Shown here piece by piece: positions 9,971 to 20,074 of a DNA stretch of 64,000 nt (position 1 is the stretch's first letter; every line of letters starts with the position of its first letter). A model generated the notes under the pieces. It did no database searches. It had not been told where the DNA came from and worked only from the letters and a program-made list of their open reading frames with translations. Position numbers and translations under genes: made by a program. The DNA comes from Fimicolochytrium jonesii (Eukaryota). The stretch is taken from assembly GCF_025526975.1 (NCBI RefSeq), contig NW_026515680.1, positions 558,001 to 622,000 on the forward strand, written 5' to 3'.

Positions 9971-11211
9971 TTATACCACACTGACTACATCCCCGATCGC
10001 GAGTGTGACATTTTCAAAGTAAGTGCTGAGAAGTCTGCATCGTTGACTAGGTGCGGGCGACGCATGTACGGTGTGTACTCGAAGTATGGAGTCGGTTCCG
10101 GTGAATGACAAAGCAGCACCGCTGCCTTCGGATTTGTCTTCAAAACCGTAAGAAAACGAGAAATTTGCGGTATCATAGTCTTTGAATGAGATGTCCATAT
10201 CAGCAAGTTGCTCAAAGTCGTTGTTGCTCAGTTGGGAAACAAGAAGCGTTTGACGATCATAAGGCCCGTGAGTAAAACCAGTTAGACCGCTTGGAATTGT
10301 CGCATTTGGTCCTAATTGGAGCCGCCATTCTCTTAGATTTTGAGACGAGAATGATTGTGACTTGTCCTTAGTTTGATCTGCAAGCACATCATCGTCTATA
10401 AATGACATTTCCAATCCGATAAGGGATCTAACGCCTGACATATGTAGGTTGAACGTATTTCTCAAGCCGCCGCTTGCGGCATTTTCTGTTTGAGTGGCGC
10501 GGACATAATCATAGTAGATACTTTTACCATCAGCGATTGCTCTTGTAGCATTAACAACTATAGATGGAGGTGGGGTAACGTACGGAATCAAACAGCGGAT
10601 GTTGCTGATTTGAAGTTCATCAACTACTCCAGCACTTGTAAAAACCGTATTGGGATCCGCAAGTACCAACTCGATGGTCATGGCCTGATTCGGAAGTGCC
10701 CACACGGGCAAAAATTGATCGTTAGTTGGGTGAAAAAATCCCAACCATGGGTGCATGCTAACGCTGGCTGTAGCAGTTCCGCTGAACATATCAGTGGAAC
10801 CATAACCGGTCAGATTTCCAAGTAGTTGTTTATGGCCTTTACTCATATTTCTGTATGCTGTACAAGGTACGCAGGATAATTCGGGATCTGAACAACTGTT
10901 TCGTTACCTGCTTTGACTGTGAGCGATTGTATGATAGATTCGATACCAAGTTTAGTATTAACGATTCCAGACCCAGATACAGGACTGTTATTCTTCAAAG
11001 CCGTGACGTCCATCGAAAGAATCAACTTTTGTAAAATGAACGAGACAGAATTGGAATCGCATTGGATTCTAATAGGTGTCAACTGACGCGTTTTCGTAGA
11101 ATACACATTTTGACCCGAAGGCGAAAAAGTTGCAACCCCTTCGCCACGAGGATCGCTGTACGGGCGGGAGAAAGTTTTCGTAGCAAACAGCCAGTTGTTA
11201 GGTACAGACAT
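9971..11211 (-). pseudogene. Major capsid protein (double jelly-roll, PLV type), frameshifted near 10855
   Basis: Two ORFs (10843-11229 and 9971-10846) are together colinear with the intact 407-aa ORF at 18796-20019 (VPNNW/VPSNW, IRIQCDSNS/IKIVIDSNS, LPNQAMTIEL/LPNQSVELT, DKS...NLREWR/DKS...NLKSWR). Confidence 0.75.
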
Positions 11212-11237
11212 GTTTACTAATAAGTACAAAAAAAAAA

Positions 11238-11723
11238 CTAGCCATAAATTCCACCGTAATAATCGTAGCCATCATCGTCGTCGTAGTCGGTGTCAAACTC
11301 AACATATTCAGTTTCTTGACTTGGTTTTGACCGAATTGCAGTCGGTTCATTAGGTGGAACTTTGATTGAACGTGCCCGTTTAGCGGTTTGTAATGTTTGC
11401 GGCTTTAATTTAGCCTTTTCCTCTTTTGCCAATTTCTTTGCGAGTTTCTCCTTTTCAAGAAGTTTTTTCGCTTCTTGGATCTTTCTATCTTCGTTTTCCT
11501 TTTTCTTCATAGCGGACAATTCTTGCAAGTTTTTTTTCCGTGTGGCGACGGCTTTCTTTAAAGCCGCTTCCTGTGCGGGTGTTCTTTGTTTTTTAGGTTT
11601 TAACTCTGGCTTTGGTGAAGGTGGTCGAATCTCCGGTATTGAATCTTGTACAGATTCTTGTACCGTTTCAGTATTGGCAGGAGAATCGGCAGAGGCACTC
11701 GAATGATTTGGATCTTCGCTCAT
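11238..11723 (-). CDS. Conserved coiled-coil viral protein, homolog of 20075-20554
   Basis: KKQRTPAQ motif, K/E-rich helix, C-terminal YVEFD...YYGGIYG, all matching the element B copy; syntenic. Confidence 0.8.
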   Translation of the reverse strand: MSEDPNHSSASADSPANTETVQESVQDSIPEIRPPSPKPELKPKKQRTPAQEAALKKAVATRKKNLQELSAMKKKENEDRKIQEAKKLLEKEKLAKKLAKEEKAKLKPQTLQTAKRARSIKVPPNEPTAIRSKPSQETEYVEFDTDYDDDDGYDYYGGIYG

Positions 11724-11777
11724 TTAACACGAGTTTTTATAAAGAAAACAAAATATTTAAGAGGAACATAGGTGCGG

Positions 11778-12500
11778 TCAGAGATCGTCTACATCGTCTA
11801 GAATGGCGAATCTGACACTTAAAGGAGAATTCAATGATACTTCTGTTCCGGTAAGGGAATTGATAAGATGAAACTCGACTTGAGATATGGTCTGTCCAAC
11901 GGGAAGAAACTCGCCTGAATTTTCATATTGTACAATGTCCCCAAAACTATCAGGTACGATACTGCAACAGATTGATTGAGCGCTGTCGTTATAATCTAAC
12001 AAGATACTGGGTGCCTTTGCATTGAATGTTGGAAGTCAAAATGACAGGATATGAACCGCTTAAATTGACTAGGATTCTTCATCTCGTGAGAGGAACCGAA
12101 TCCAATATCAGCTCGACGGGACATTCCCATAAGAATATAGGCTGTTGACCCACGATTGCCAGGAAAGTATCTTGAAAGAAACAGAGTTGCTATTTACCGT
12201 TAACTTGCGTCTAACACCATCGAATGTAGCAGAGTATACATTAGAGCCAGCCGCGCTATTCATAGCGGTGGAAACAGCGTTTGGGAAGTCAACGATCGAG
12301 TAATTACCATTTGGGATCTTTGCGTACAAGATGGTATCCGAACCTTGTTGGGCAAATGCAATAGTGTCATTCACGTTACTTTCAACCAGGTCCCAATCTT
12401 GAAGGAAAGAGACGCTCAGTATTTTGAAAGCCTCAATCCGTCTAGGTTGGATGTTGTATGTACGTTGGGAGACACTAGAGTATAAAATTTCTGAATACAT
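11778..12500 (-). pseudogene. Minor capsid (penton) protein, about three frameshifts
   Basis: Fragments colinear with 20587-21336 (IPNGNYS/LPEGTYD, FDGVRRKLTV/YDGVTRRLTV, VPDSFGDIV/NPDSYGDIL). Alternative frames restore GNRGSTAY and VNLSGSYPVILTS. Confidence 0.75.
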
Positions 12501-12523
12501 TTAGTAATAAGGTAAGAGAATTA

Positions 12524-13232
12524 ATGTCTTACAAACCGAAACCGATCTTCCCAAAGAAAAACGAGGTTCGAAACAAAATCATTCCGATCGACATTCAGGC
12601 TCCTCCCATATGTAGTACACTTATCGCACCGCGCAAAAGTGGGAAATCCGCTCTTGTATGTGGATTGATCGAAGACGTTTATGCAAAAGTGTTTGACAGA
12701 GTGATAATAATGTCAGATACAGTCTTGTACGATAAGAGTATAAAACAATTGGCACAGAGCACTAAGCACAGGAACATCTTTTTCACAGACGAAGTGAATA
12801 ATACAATGATAGCCGAGATTCTGGAAGATCAAAAGTTGCTGGCGGAAAGTGGGAAATCTTTGCTGTTGTATATTGACGACGCTGGAGACAATGCTCAAGG
12901 GAAGGAGTTAAACAAAGAGTTATCTAAACTTTATACGAAAGGACGACACTTTCTCTGCTCCACCATGGTGTGCATCCAGTCCGTGAGCGGTCAACTGACT
13001 CGAAAGATGAAGAACAACACAACAGAGTTCATAATCTTTAAAAATAATTCGGAGGATATGGAATCTTTGGCGAAATTATTGACAAGTGCGTTTAAAACAA
13101 AAAAGAAGTTCTATCGTATCTTACGGAAAGCACAAGGAGCCGTATTCGTTTGCATATGTGAATTTGGCAGCGGATGATGCGCGAACGATGTACCGGTATT
13201 GCGACAAAGACGGGTTTCACGACTTTTTTTAA
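12524..13232 (+). CDS. A32/FtsK-HerA family packaging ATPase (C-terminus frameshifted)
   Basis: Walker A APRKSGKS, Walker B LYIDD, KGRHF motif, CIQS. Another frame gives EPYSFAYVNL...FF* ending at 13232. Confidence 0.85.
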
Positions 13233-13253
13233 ATTGTTGGTTTTTGAATAGAA

Positions 13254-13463
13254 ATGTTCTATATACCAGAAATTGTAACAAAGGAAACGTATGACACCGT
13301 ATTAGCAGCGCTTTCGCAAGATCGCCTTTGGTTAGACGTTAACGAAAACTCCAGAAAAGAAATACTCGAATCCTTACAGAAGGAAATGGCAGAAGCATTG
13401 GTACAGAAGATTTTAGACGACCAGGTAAAACCAAAAGTCACTAGGCGGAAAAAGACCGCTTGA
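13254..13463 (+). CDS. Small conserved viral protein, homolog of 22137-22376
   Basis: FYIPE..TKETYD..L..LSQDRLWLD and a basic tail, shared with element B. Confidence 0.8.
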   Translation: MFYIPEIVTKETYDTVLAALSQDRLWLDVNENSRKEILESLQKEMAEALVQKILDDQVKPKVTRRKKTA

Positions 13464-13720
13464 AGATTTCCGTCCCGAATATGACGAAAAACTATTCTAC
13501 GAGTTGAGCAACAAAGACTTCCGCGCGACCAAACTCCTGAGCCATTTTATTATTTTGGGTTGTGCATTTTCAGGCTTTTTCGAATCTTTGCCTATATAGC
13601 ATGACCTCTTTACTGAGCGCTCATGCCCGAGAAAAAGATTCAGGTGTTTTATCAATTTTTACCGAACAATGACAAAAATGACCAGAAACTGATTAAATTT
13701 CTGGTCAATAAGCAAAGATC
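13464..13720 (+). promoter_or_regulatory. Conserved non-coding block upstream of the integrase (element A copy)
   Basis: Aligns at nucleotide level with 22377-22655, including identical CTTCCGCGCGACCAAACTCCTGA; hairpin at 13679-13707. Confidence 0.6.
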
Positions 13721-15022
13721 AATGACTCCGCCGTTAACCCCGGAGCAAGAAGGGAAACTGAAAGCATTATTCTATGAAGGACGAAACTTCTATGGACGCG
13801 ATCGTCTATATTTCATGTTGCGGAAAGATCCGCAAAATAACATATCTCGAAGACAAGTAATGAACTGGCTATCGAGACAACCGATAGCACAGAAATTCAG
13901 GAGACCCGTTCGAGCGACTGGTGTACGTGCAATAGTTTCTACCTCATTAGGATCATTTCAATGTGATACAATGGATATGTCAAGCGATTCTTACAGAGGG
14001 TTTAGTGCGGTTTTCAGTATGATTGACACATTTTCAAGAAAACTCTACGGAAAAGCGATAAAGGGAAGACAGCAGCGGAATGCACAAGGGCACTACGCGA
14101 GATTATAAGGGAGAATCCCAATATGACATTCACGCGTTTAGTAAGTGACAATGGGGGCGAATTTGCAAACGTGTTTGACCAGTACTTAGAAAGTATCAAT
14201 GTTCCACATTTTACAACACGTCCACATCAGCCATGGTCGAATGGAATAATCGAGCGATCTAATGCATCTGTTCGTAAACAGATCTCCATATTCATGGAAA
14301 CAACAGGGAACAAGGACTGGGTAACGGCACTGCCCGGATTGATAGATTCGTTGAATTCCACTTTCAATTCAACTACGCGCAAATCACCGGATGAAATAGA
14401 GGAATCTGCTCCAGATTCTGCGACTCATTCAGAAGCGGGTGGTAATATTTTGCGTCGTGCGGCAAAAAGTGTGAATGTTCGTGGAGCAACAACTTTGAAG
14501 GTTGGAGAAACGGTGAGAAAGGTGTTTCCATATTCTGGAACAAACATTAAGAAACCAAGCAGGACAGGATACTTTGCACCGGAACTATACACAATCGCAG
14601 GTGTGGTGGCATCACCATATGAAAATCAATTACCATCCTACAAACTTAAAAGTCAAGATGGGACGATCGAGAAAGGACTTTTTGCAAGATCGCAATTATT
14701 GCTTGTACCTACACCTGACCAGCGTATCGAACGCCCACGGACTGTAGAGAATCTTGAACCACCGGATGATGGACAGGGTGAAGAGGACGAGGAAGAGGAA
14801 GCGATTCAACCCCCTCCCAGGCGGTCGGGGAGATTAAACAAAGACGTAGAATATGAAGTGGAATATATTGCAGATAAACGAACAAGAAAAGTAGGCAAAA
14901 GGACTATAGTCGAATATTTAGTAAAATATCGTAATTATCCATTAAGTCAATCGACATGGGAGCCAAGATCTAATATCAATGCTCCGGGTCTCCTGCGGGA
15001 GTTTGAGAGGAACCGGCGGTAG
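13721..15022 (+). pseudogene. Retroviral-type (rve, DDE) integrase with C-terminal chromodomain; frameshift near 14063
   Basis: FQCDTMD, VSDNGGEF and NGIIERSN form the DDE triad. Chromodomain EYEVEYIADKR...YLVKYRNY...STWEP. The second frame continues KTAAECTRAL. Confidence 0.85.
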
Positions 15023-16112
15023 GTTTCGGAACAGCATCACTGCAGTAGTTCAGATTTTCCTCCTCATTGTGGTGGCAATTGTCTGCTAGGAAAATGGAAG
15101 AGGCTCGCGAGATACCATTTTTACGGAGATGGGTGATCTGTACCTTGCGACAAAGACGAATCCCATGTTTTTGACCGCATGCCTTTTCCATAATCGCTTG
15201 AATGTGCTCTCGAAATGTATCCATCTTGAACTCCTTGCCTTTTGCATCCAGGAAGATCAGATTCCCTTCTTTGCGGAACTTTTGAATAAATCGAAGTAAA
15301 ATGTCACAGACGTATTTAGGATCCACATCCACAATATCGCTGTGCGGCGGAGCGGTAAAGAACTGCAAATACGACCCGTTCAGATCTTTATCCTCGACTC
15401 CGTCAATTTTCGCAAGTTTTCTTTTCTTGATGCGATCAGCCTTTCGATCATTCCATAAGATTGACGCATTTCCTTCCTTTTTCGGGTCCCTTTGATCAAA
15501 GATGAAAATATTGTCTTTATTCCAATCTACGCCATCCCGATTGAATATTTTCAAGTTTGCAAAGTTCGCGCGAACATTGTAAAAATAACAAACGAAAAGC
15601 CCAATGATTCCATCTTGCAAGGACTGAATCTGGTAAAGACTCGGAGTGTTCATATCGAAGATTTCCATAAGATTATCTTCATAATACTTCTTCATTGCCT
15701 TCATAACGGATTGCCAGTCTTCAATCCAAATTTCGGGTTGAATTCCTTGACGTCTCCTCGCATTATATTCGTTGTTCAATCTGTGAGATTCGTCCGCCAA
15801 AGGCTTTCTCGTCTTATCGAATAACTCGGGGCTTATATTCAATCTTTCATATCCCGCGTTTTTGAAGATCCGGTGGACTTTACCTATGGCATCGGACATG
15901 GATTTATTCGAGATCCCGTTCGGAGTGCGAGCAGAGATTTTGGATTTATTGATCAGACTTTTAACTTCATTCAAAGCGGATAATCGTTCAATCGAGTCAA
16001 ATACTCCATGTTGCTGAAATCGTTTAACTTCTCTAGAAGTATTCGCAAAATCAGCCTTATTACGATCCAGAAATTGAGACAAATCGGCGGTTTTCAATAG
16101 AAATTCGGACAT
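14976..16112 (-). CDS. Tyrosine recombinase (PLV type)
   Basis: NVRANFANLK (R), NDRKAD (K), GIRLCRK (xxxR), LADNCHH...NLNY (H, Y). Convergent with and overlapping the integrase 3' end. Confidence 0.7.
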   Translation of the reverse strand: MSEFLLKTADLSQFLDRNKADFANTSREVKRFQQHGVFDSIERLSALNEVKSLINKSKISARTPNGISNKSMSDAIGKVHRIFKNAGYERLNISPELFDKTRKPLADESHRLNNEYNARRRQGIQPEIWIEDWQSVMKAMKKYYEDNLMEIFDMNTPSLYQIQSLQDGIIGLFVCYFYNVRANFANLKIFNRDGVDWNKDNIFIFDQRDPKKEGNASILWNDRKADRIKKRKLAKIDGVEDKDLNGSYLQFFTAPPHSDIVDVDPKYVCDILLRFIQKFRKEGNLIFLDAKGKEFKMDTFREHIQAIMEKACGQKHGIRLCRKVQITHLRKNGISRASSIFLADNCHHNEEENLNYCSDAVPKPTAGSSQTPAGDPEH

Positions 16113-16229
16113 CTTTAATAGGTTTCCTTTTGAAATAAGGAAAGAATAAATTTAGGAACCTATAGTGCGGTCGCTTTTATGTAAATTAAGTTAATATCGA
16201 TAATGAAAATCCGATGATGTCAGGAGTTA

Positions 16230-16408
16230 TTATCGAGTGTAAGTTGTTATCGGATTTGGTCCTGGTCCCGCACCAAGATTTGTTTCGAGATGGATGACCG
16301 CTGCTCATGTGGTATCATTTCTTGACAGTTATCTCGAATGCAAGTTGTTATCGGATTTGGTTCCGGCACTAATATTTGTTTCGAGATGGATGACCGCTAA
16401 TCATGTGT
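16230..16408 (+). repeat. Two direct repeats of ~80 bp in the divergent intergenic region
   Basis: AAGTTGTTATCGGATTTGGT...ATTTGTTTCGAGATGGATGACCGCT..TCATGTG occurs twice. Confidence 0.85.
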
Positions 16409-16571
16409 TCTATCGAGAAGACCGGATTTCCTTGGCATTGCCTTTCCTTATGCAAGAAAGAGATCGGGATTTTGCCGTCTATAAATAGAGTCGCATGGAA
16501 AGAGGAATGTCGCATTGGAAGTTCCATTTAGAGTGCAATTCCTTTTATATCACACAACACAAACGCAAAAC

Positions 16572-16997
16572 ATGCCTCGGACACCCAAACAGAAAAACAA
16601 GCGTCCAAACTGCAGATCTAAAAACCCGGTTGATAAACGCCAGTATCACATCAACGCAATACGTTACAATATCTCGCAAAGGCTATTTTCAAAAAGGACT
16701 CAGAAGTTTTATCTCGGCGAGGATAGATGCAAACTCCGCTACGTCTTCTCAAAGGTCGCTTATCATGTGGATGGATTGAAGGAATTCACAAAATTCTGCA
16801 TCTATCCAGTTAAATGCAATGATAGCATGCGTGAAGAAGGTTGCCAGTGTATGGGATTTGTACGCATCTTGATCCTTCAAGTCAAACAGTTTTTGGAAAT
16901 TGCCAACATTGACAACGATGAGACAGTGCAGGAAGAGTTGCTCCGGTGGCGGGAAGAGATAGAAGACATTTGCTCTCATCTGAACTCTGATGAGTAA
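16572..16997 (+). CDS. Hypothetical Cys-containing viral protein
   Basis: Within ORF 16515-16997; likely ATG at MPRTPKQKNKRPNC. Confidence 0.5.
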   Translation: MPRTPKQKNKRPNCRSKNPVDKRQYHINAIRYNISQRLFSKRTQKFYLGEDRCKLRYVFSKVAYHVDGLKEFTKFCIYPVKCNDSMREEGCQCMGFVRILILQVKQFLEIANIDNDETVQEELLRWREEIEDICSHLNSDE

Positions 16998-17067
16998 TCC
17001 GTTAGATCTTGTAAATAGTGTTTTGAATAAGATATGGTCTTCATTGGATTGATGAAGGTGCGGGTGG

Positions 17068-17390
17068 GGAGGCGTCATTTAATTTCCCTCTTTTTTCCAA
17101 GAGGAACGGAGAGAAACGTGTGAGAGCATTGTTGTTCTCCGAAAGGTGACAACGTGTAAAAGTCGTATGACTTATTTCACTTTGTCACCTTGCGGAGAAC
17201 AACTGGGTAGAATGTGACTGTAGCAGAAACGAAAGAGTGAATGGAGGGGTGGGTGGGGAGGCGTCATTTATTTTCCCTCTTTTTTCCAAGAGGAACGGAG
17301 AGAAACGTGTGAGAAGCATTCTTGTTCTCCGAAAGGTGACAACGTGTAAAAGTCGTATAACTTATTTCACTTTGTCACCAATCGGAGAAC
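17068..17390 (+). repeat. Palindromic repeat copies 5 and 6 in tandem (cores 17134-17200 and 17324-17390)
   Basis: Two ~190-bp tandem units, each with the GGAGGCGTCATTT leader and the 67-bp core. Confidence 0.95.
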
Positions 17391-17708
17391 AACTAGGTAG
17401 ATTTGACGTTAACAAAAACGAATAAGTGAATGAAGAGGTGGATATAGAGGGACGATGTGAAGAAAGTGTCTACGGCTGTGGACGGAGGCGAAGGTTAAGT
17501 TAAAGAGGTTTGAGAGGAATGGCGGCGGTCATGAGCGGAATGGAGGGAACGCGTGACGGATTGACGGTTGACAGGACAGCGGCGGAATGACAGAAGATGA
17601 CGCAATGTGACTCGAAATGAATGGAGAGAAGTCATGTGCCGTCACGTGATTCGATGTCGTGAAGGGAGATGTTTAAATGTTGAATAAGGTGATATGTGAC
17701 AATTCTTT

Positions 17709-17837
17709 TACTATGGGATCCGGCAGAGCAGTTTCGAACTATGGGTCAGTCCATTCTCTACTATGGGAGTCTTCTTTTTTACTATAGGATCTGTCACAGT
17801 CCACCCTATGGTATATACCATAGGGTGGACTGTGACA
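17709..17837. repeat. Right terminus of element A: ACTATGGG iterons plus perfect 46-bp palindrome (17792-17837)
   Basis: TGTCACAGTCCACCCTATGGTAT|ATACCATAGGGTGGACTGTGACA, preceded by four ACTAT(G/A)GG motifs. Confidence 0.9.
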
Positions 17838-17838
17838 T

Positions 17839-18543
17839 GCAGTAACGCACGCGAATCAAACATTGCAAACACAACTCCGATCTCAGGAAGAGCAACTTGG
17901 AAGAATGACAACAGCCACAATGTCTACGTTCAAGAGAATGTTAGAATCGGTAGGTTTTAAAAATGTTCCTTCGACAATGACGCCGGACGAGATGGAACGA
18001 CTTCTCAGCCAAGTGCAAAGCGTCACACCTATCGCATTAAGTGAAGTAGGAGCGATGCAGCGATTGATAGAAACTTTAAGAAAGGAAAAGATTACGGAAA
18101 ACAAAGATGTAGGGACACAATATTCTCTTGGAGATGTGCCACGGGTTGCTAGACCACGCCCACCACCCATAATTACGAATTTCTCACCAACAATAAGTTA
18201 TCCATCTGCCAGTTCAGCAGTCACTCAAAGCGACATTTTCCCGAATAGGAGTCCAAAATCTACCCTTTCAACTGGAACGGTAGGACCCCCTATGGATCTC
18301 TCCACACCAATTGAACAGTTTGTTACCACCGAACCGATTACTCAAGTTATTTCCCCAAATGAGGATTCTGCAACACCAACACAGAGAGATATCTTCACCG
18401 ATTCCCCAGCAGTGAGGGCTCCAGAAAATACACCCATTGCGCCAATAAGGAAAAAGAAAAGTACACGAACAAGTTTACCTCCCGAGAGATTATCTTATGA
18501 ACACGGCTGGGAACAATCTTCAAAACGGGCACGAAAAGTATAA
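17839..18543 (+). pseudogene. 5'-truncated Pro/Thr-rich viral gene interrupted by element A
   Basis: Frame is open from the palindrome end (AVTHANQTLQTQLRSQEEQ...) with no ATG at the start of the open frame; basic C-terminus like the 500-aa gene of A. Confidence 0.55.
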
Positions 18544-18795
18544 GATAAAAAGATCATAATTGTATAGAAGATTATAATTGTAATATTTGAGAATCATAGG
18601 ATTCTGAAATGTACAAAAGCGCATAAGTTTTAAACGATCTTCTTCCCGGCTCGTCGAGAAAGGATAAATGGAAGCAGTTGTGGAGGGATTACACCTTTTT
18701 TCGGTTTTCCGGATTTAGTTCTAGCAGGGATGCGAACTGGTTTCAAAACCTTTTGTTTTCTCGGCATTGGTTTCTACTATATGATTAGAAGATTT

Positions 18796-20019
18796 TTATA
18801 CGATATCGACGGTTGCCCCCACAAGGATGGTGCGTTGTGAATAGACGGTTGTTTGCAATGAAACGGCGGTACTCGGGGAGGGTAAATTATGTGTCGTAAT
18901 TAGATGTACGTTTCCGGAGCCTCCGAGTAGGTTCAAAGCGCTACTGGAATCTTCATCTGCGCTTTGCCACGAATAACGCATCACAAACTGTTTGTTGTAA
19001 AAGTTATCGAGGTCCAGGTCTTCAGAGGCGTATGATGTGTTGTCGTTCATGGAGAGGTTGCCTATCATAACCGTATCTTCTACCTGGAAATCTTCGGTTA
19101 AAGGTAATCTATATTGTCCTATCTGGTAACGCCATGACTTTAAGTTGGCTGTATCATAAATCAAACTTTTGTCCCCTGATGTAGTGGCGTATTTATCATC
19201 AGATCGAAATCTGTGCGTTAAACCGACGATCCGACCGTTTGTGAGTGGGAGGATGAAGTTGTTCTGTGACGCACCACTACATACATTGGAGAGTTGTTGA
19301 ACACCTACTACATCCATTTCGAGATACTTCCCTGCCCAAATTCCGGACCACAATGCGGACATATAAGCGGCACTCGGGGTCACAAGTTGTGCTACATAAC
19401 GAAGATTTGAAACTTCAAAGTATACTCCGGAACCTACATTGGTGAAGGCCTGCTGCGGTGTGTTTAAAGTGAATGTTAATTCCACCGATTGATTCGGCAA
19501 AATCGCTAGTGGAATCGGGTTTCCGTTCAAATTTCTCATGGACCCTGCTAACAAATGGTGTTTGAATGTGAAAGTTCCGTTGGGATTTTTGAACGCATCC
19601 GGGTTACCTGCTCCTTCGTTATATTTTAGGTATTTTCGTTTCTCTGCCTCCACAAACTGGAGAGTGTCTGCAACAAAACTTGGCATATCTTCAATTTCGT
19701 CAACAACTTTTCCGCCAAACTTCACATTCATCGTTCGGAAGCAAGCCATTGCACCAATTTCAGAAATCTGCGCATCCGTGACGGGGCTGCCATCAGCGTT
19801 TTTCACAGTAATTGTTCCCCATAGATACGAACGTTGAGGTCTCAAAAAGGAACTATTGGAATCAATTACGATTTTTATAGCATTTCCAGGTGATTTTGAA
19901 CTAAACGTCTCCTTGATTGGGCGATAAATCGCAATATTTTCGCTGAGAGCGTCTGAATGCATCGAAAATTGTCTAGAACTATAGATCCAGTTTGAAGGAA
20001 CAACGGGATTTGTTGACAT
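18796..20019 (-). CDS. Major capsid protein (double jelly-roll, PLV type)
   Basis: 407 aa, beta-rich; FLRPQRSYLWGTI, VKFGGKVVDEI and IPLAILPNQSVELTFTL resemble PLV/virophage MCPs; clustered with penton and ATPase. Confidence 0.8.
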   Translation of the reverse strand: MSTNPVVPSNWIYSSRQFSMHSDALSENIAIYRPIKETFSSKSPGNAIKIVIDSNSSFLRPQRSYLWGTITVKNADGSPVTDAQISEIGAMACFRTMNVKFGGKVVDEIEDMPSFVADTLQFVEAEKRKYLKYNEGAGNPDAFKNPNGTFTFKHHLLAGSMRNLNGNPIPLAILPNQSVELTFTLNTPQQAFTNVGSGVYFEVSNLRYVAQLVTPSAAYMSALWSGIWAGKYLEMDVVGVQQLSNVCSGASQNNFILPLTNGRIVGLTHRFRSDDKYATTSGDKSLIYDTANLKSWRYQIGQYRLPLTEDFQVEDTVMIGNLSMNDNTSYASEDLDLDNFYNKQFVMRYSWQSADEDSSSALNLLGGSGNVHLITTHNLPSPSTAVSLQTTVYSQRTILVGATVDIV

Positions 20020-20074
20020 TATTTTAAGTTATAATGGTTTAACATATCTCTTAGAAAAAAATAATCAATGTCCA

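Larger units (their letters stand above)
1..17837. mobile_element. Endogenous Polinton-like/MELD-type dsDNA virus, element A (left part outside window; partly decayed)
   Basis: Intron-free cluster with capsid, penton, packaging ATPase, rve integrase, tyrosine recombinase, primase-helicase, methyltransferase and fiber-like genes. Ends in a perfect 46-bp palindrome terminating in ...TGTGACA at 17837. Confidence 0.85.

Noticed and set aside
14058..14070. Programmed -1 frameshift in the element A integrase at A AAG GGA
   Set aside because: It fits X XXY YYZ only formally (Y=G is atypical), the element B integrase is one continuous ORF, and A has many other indels.
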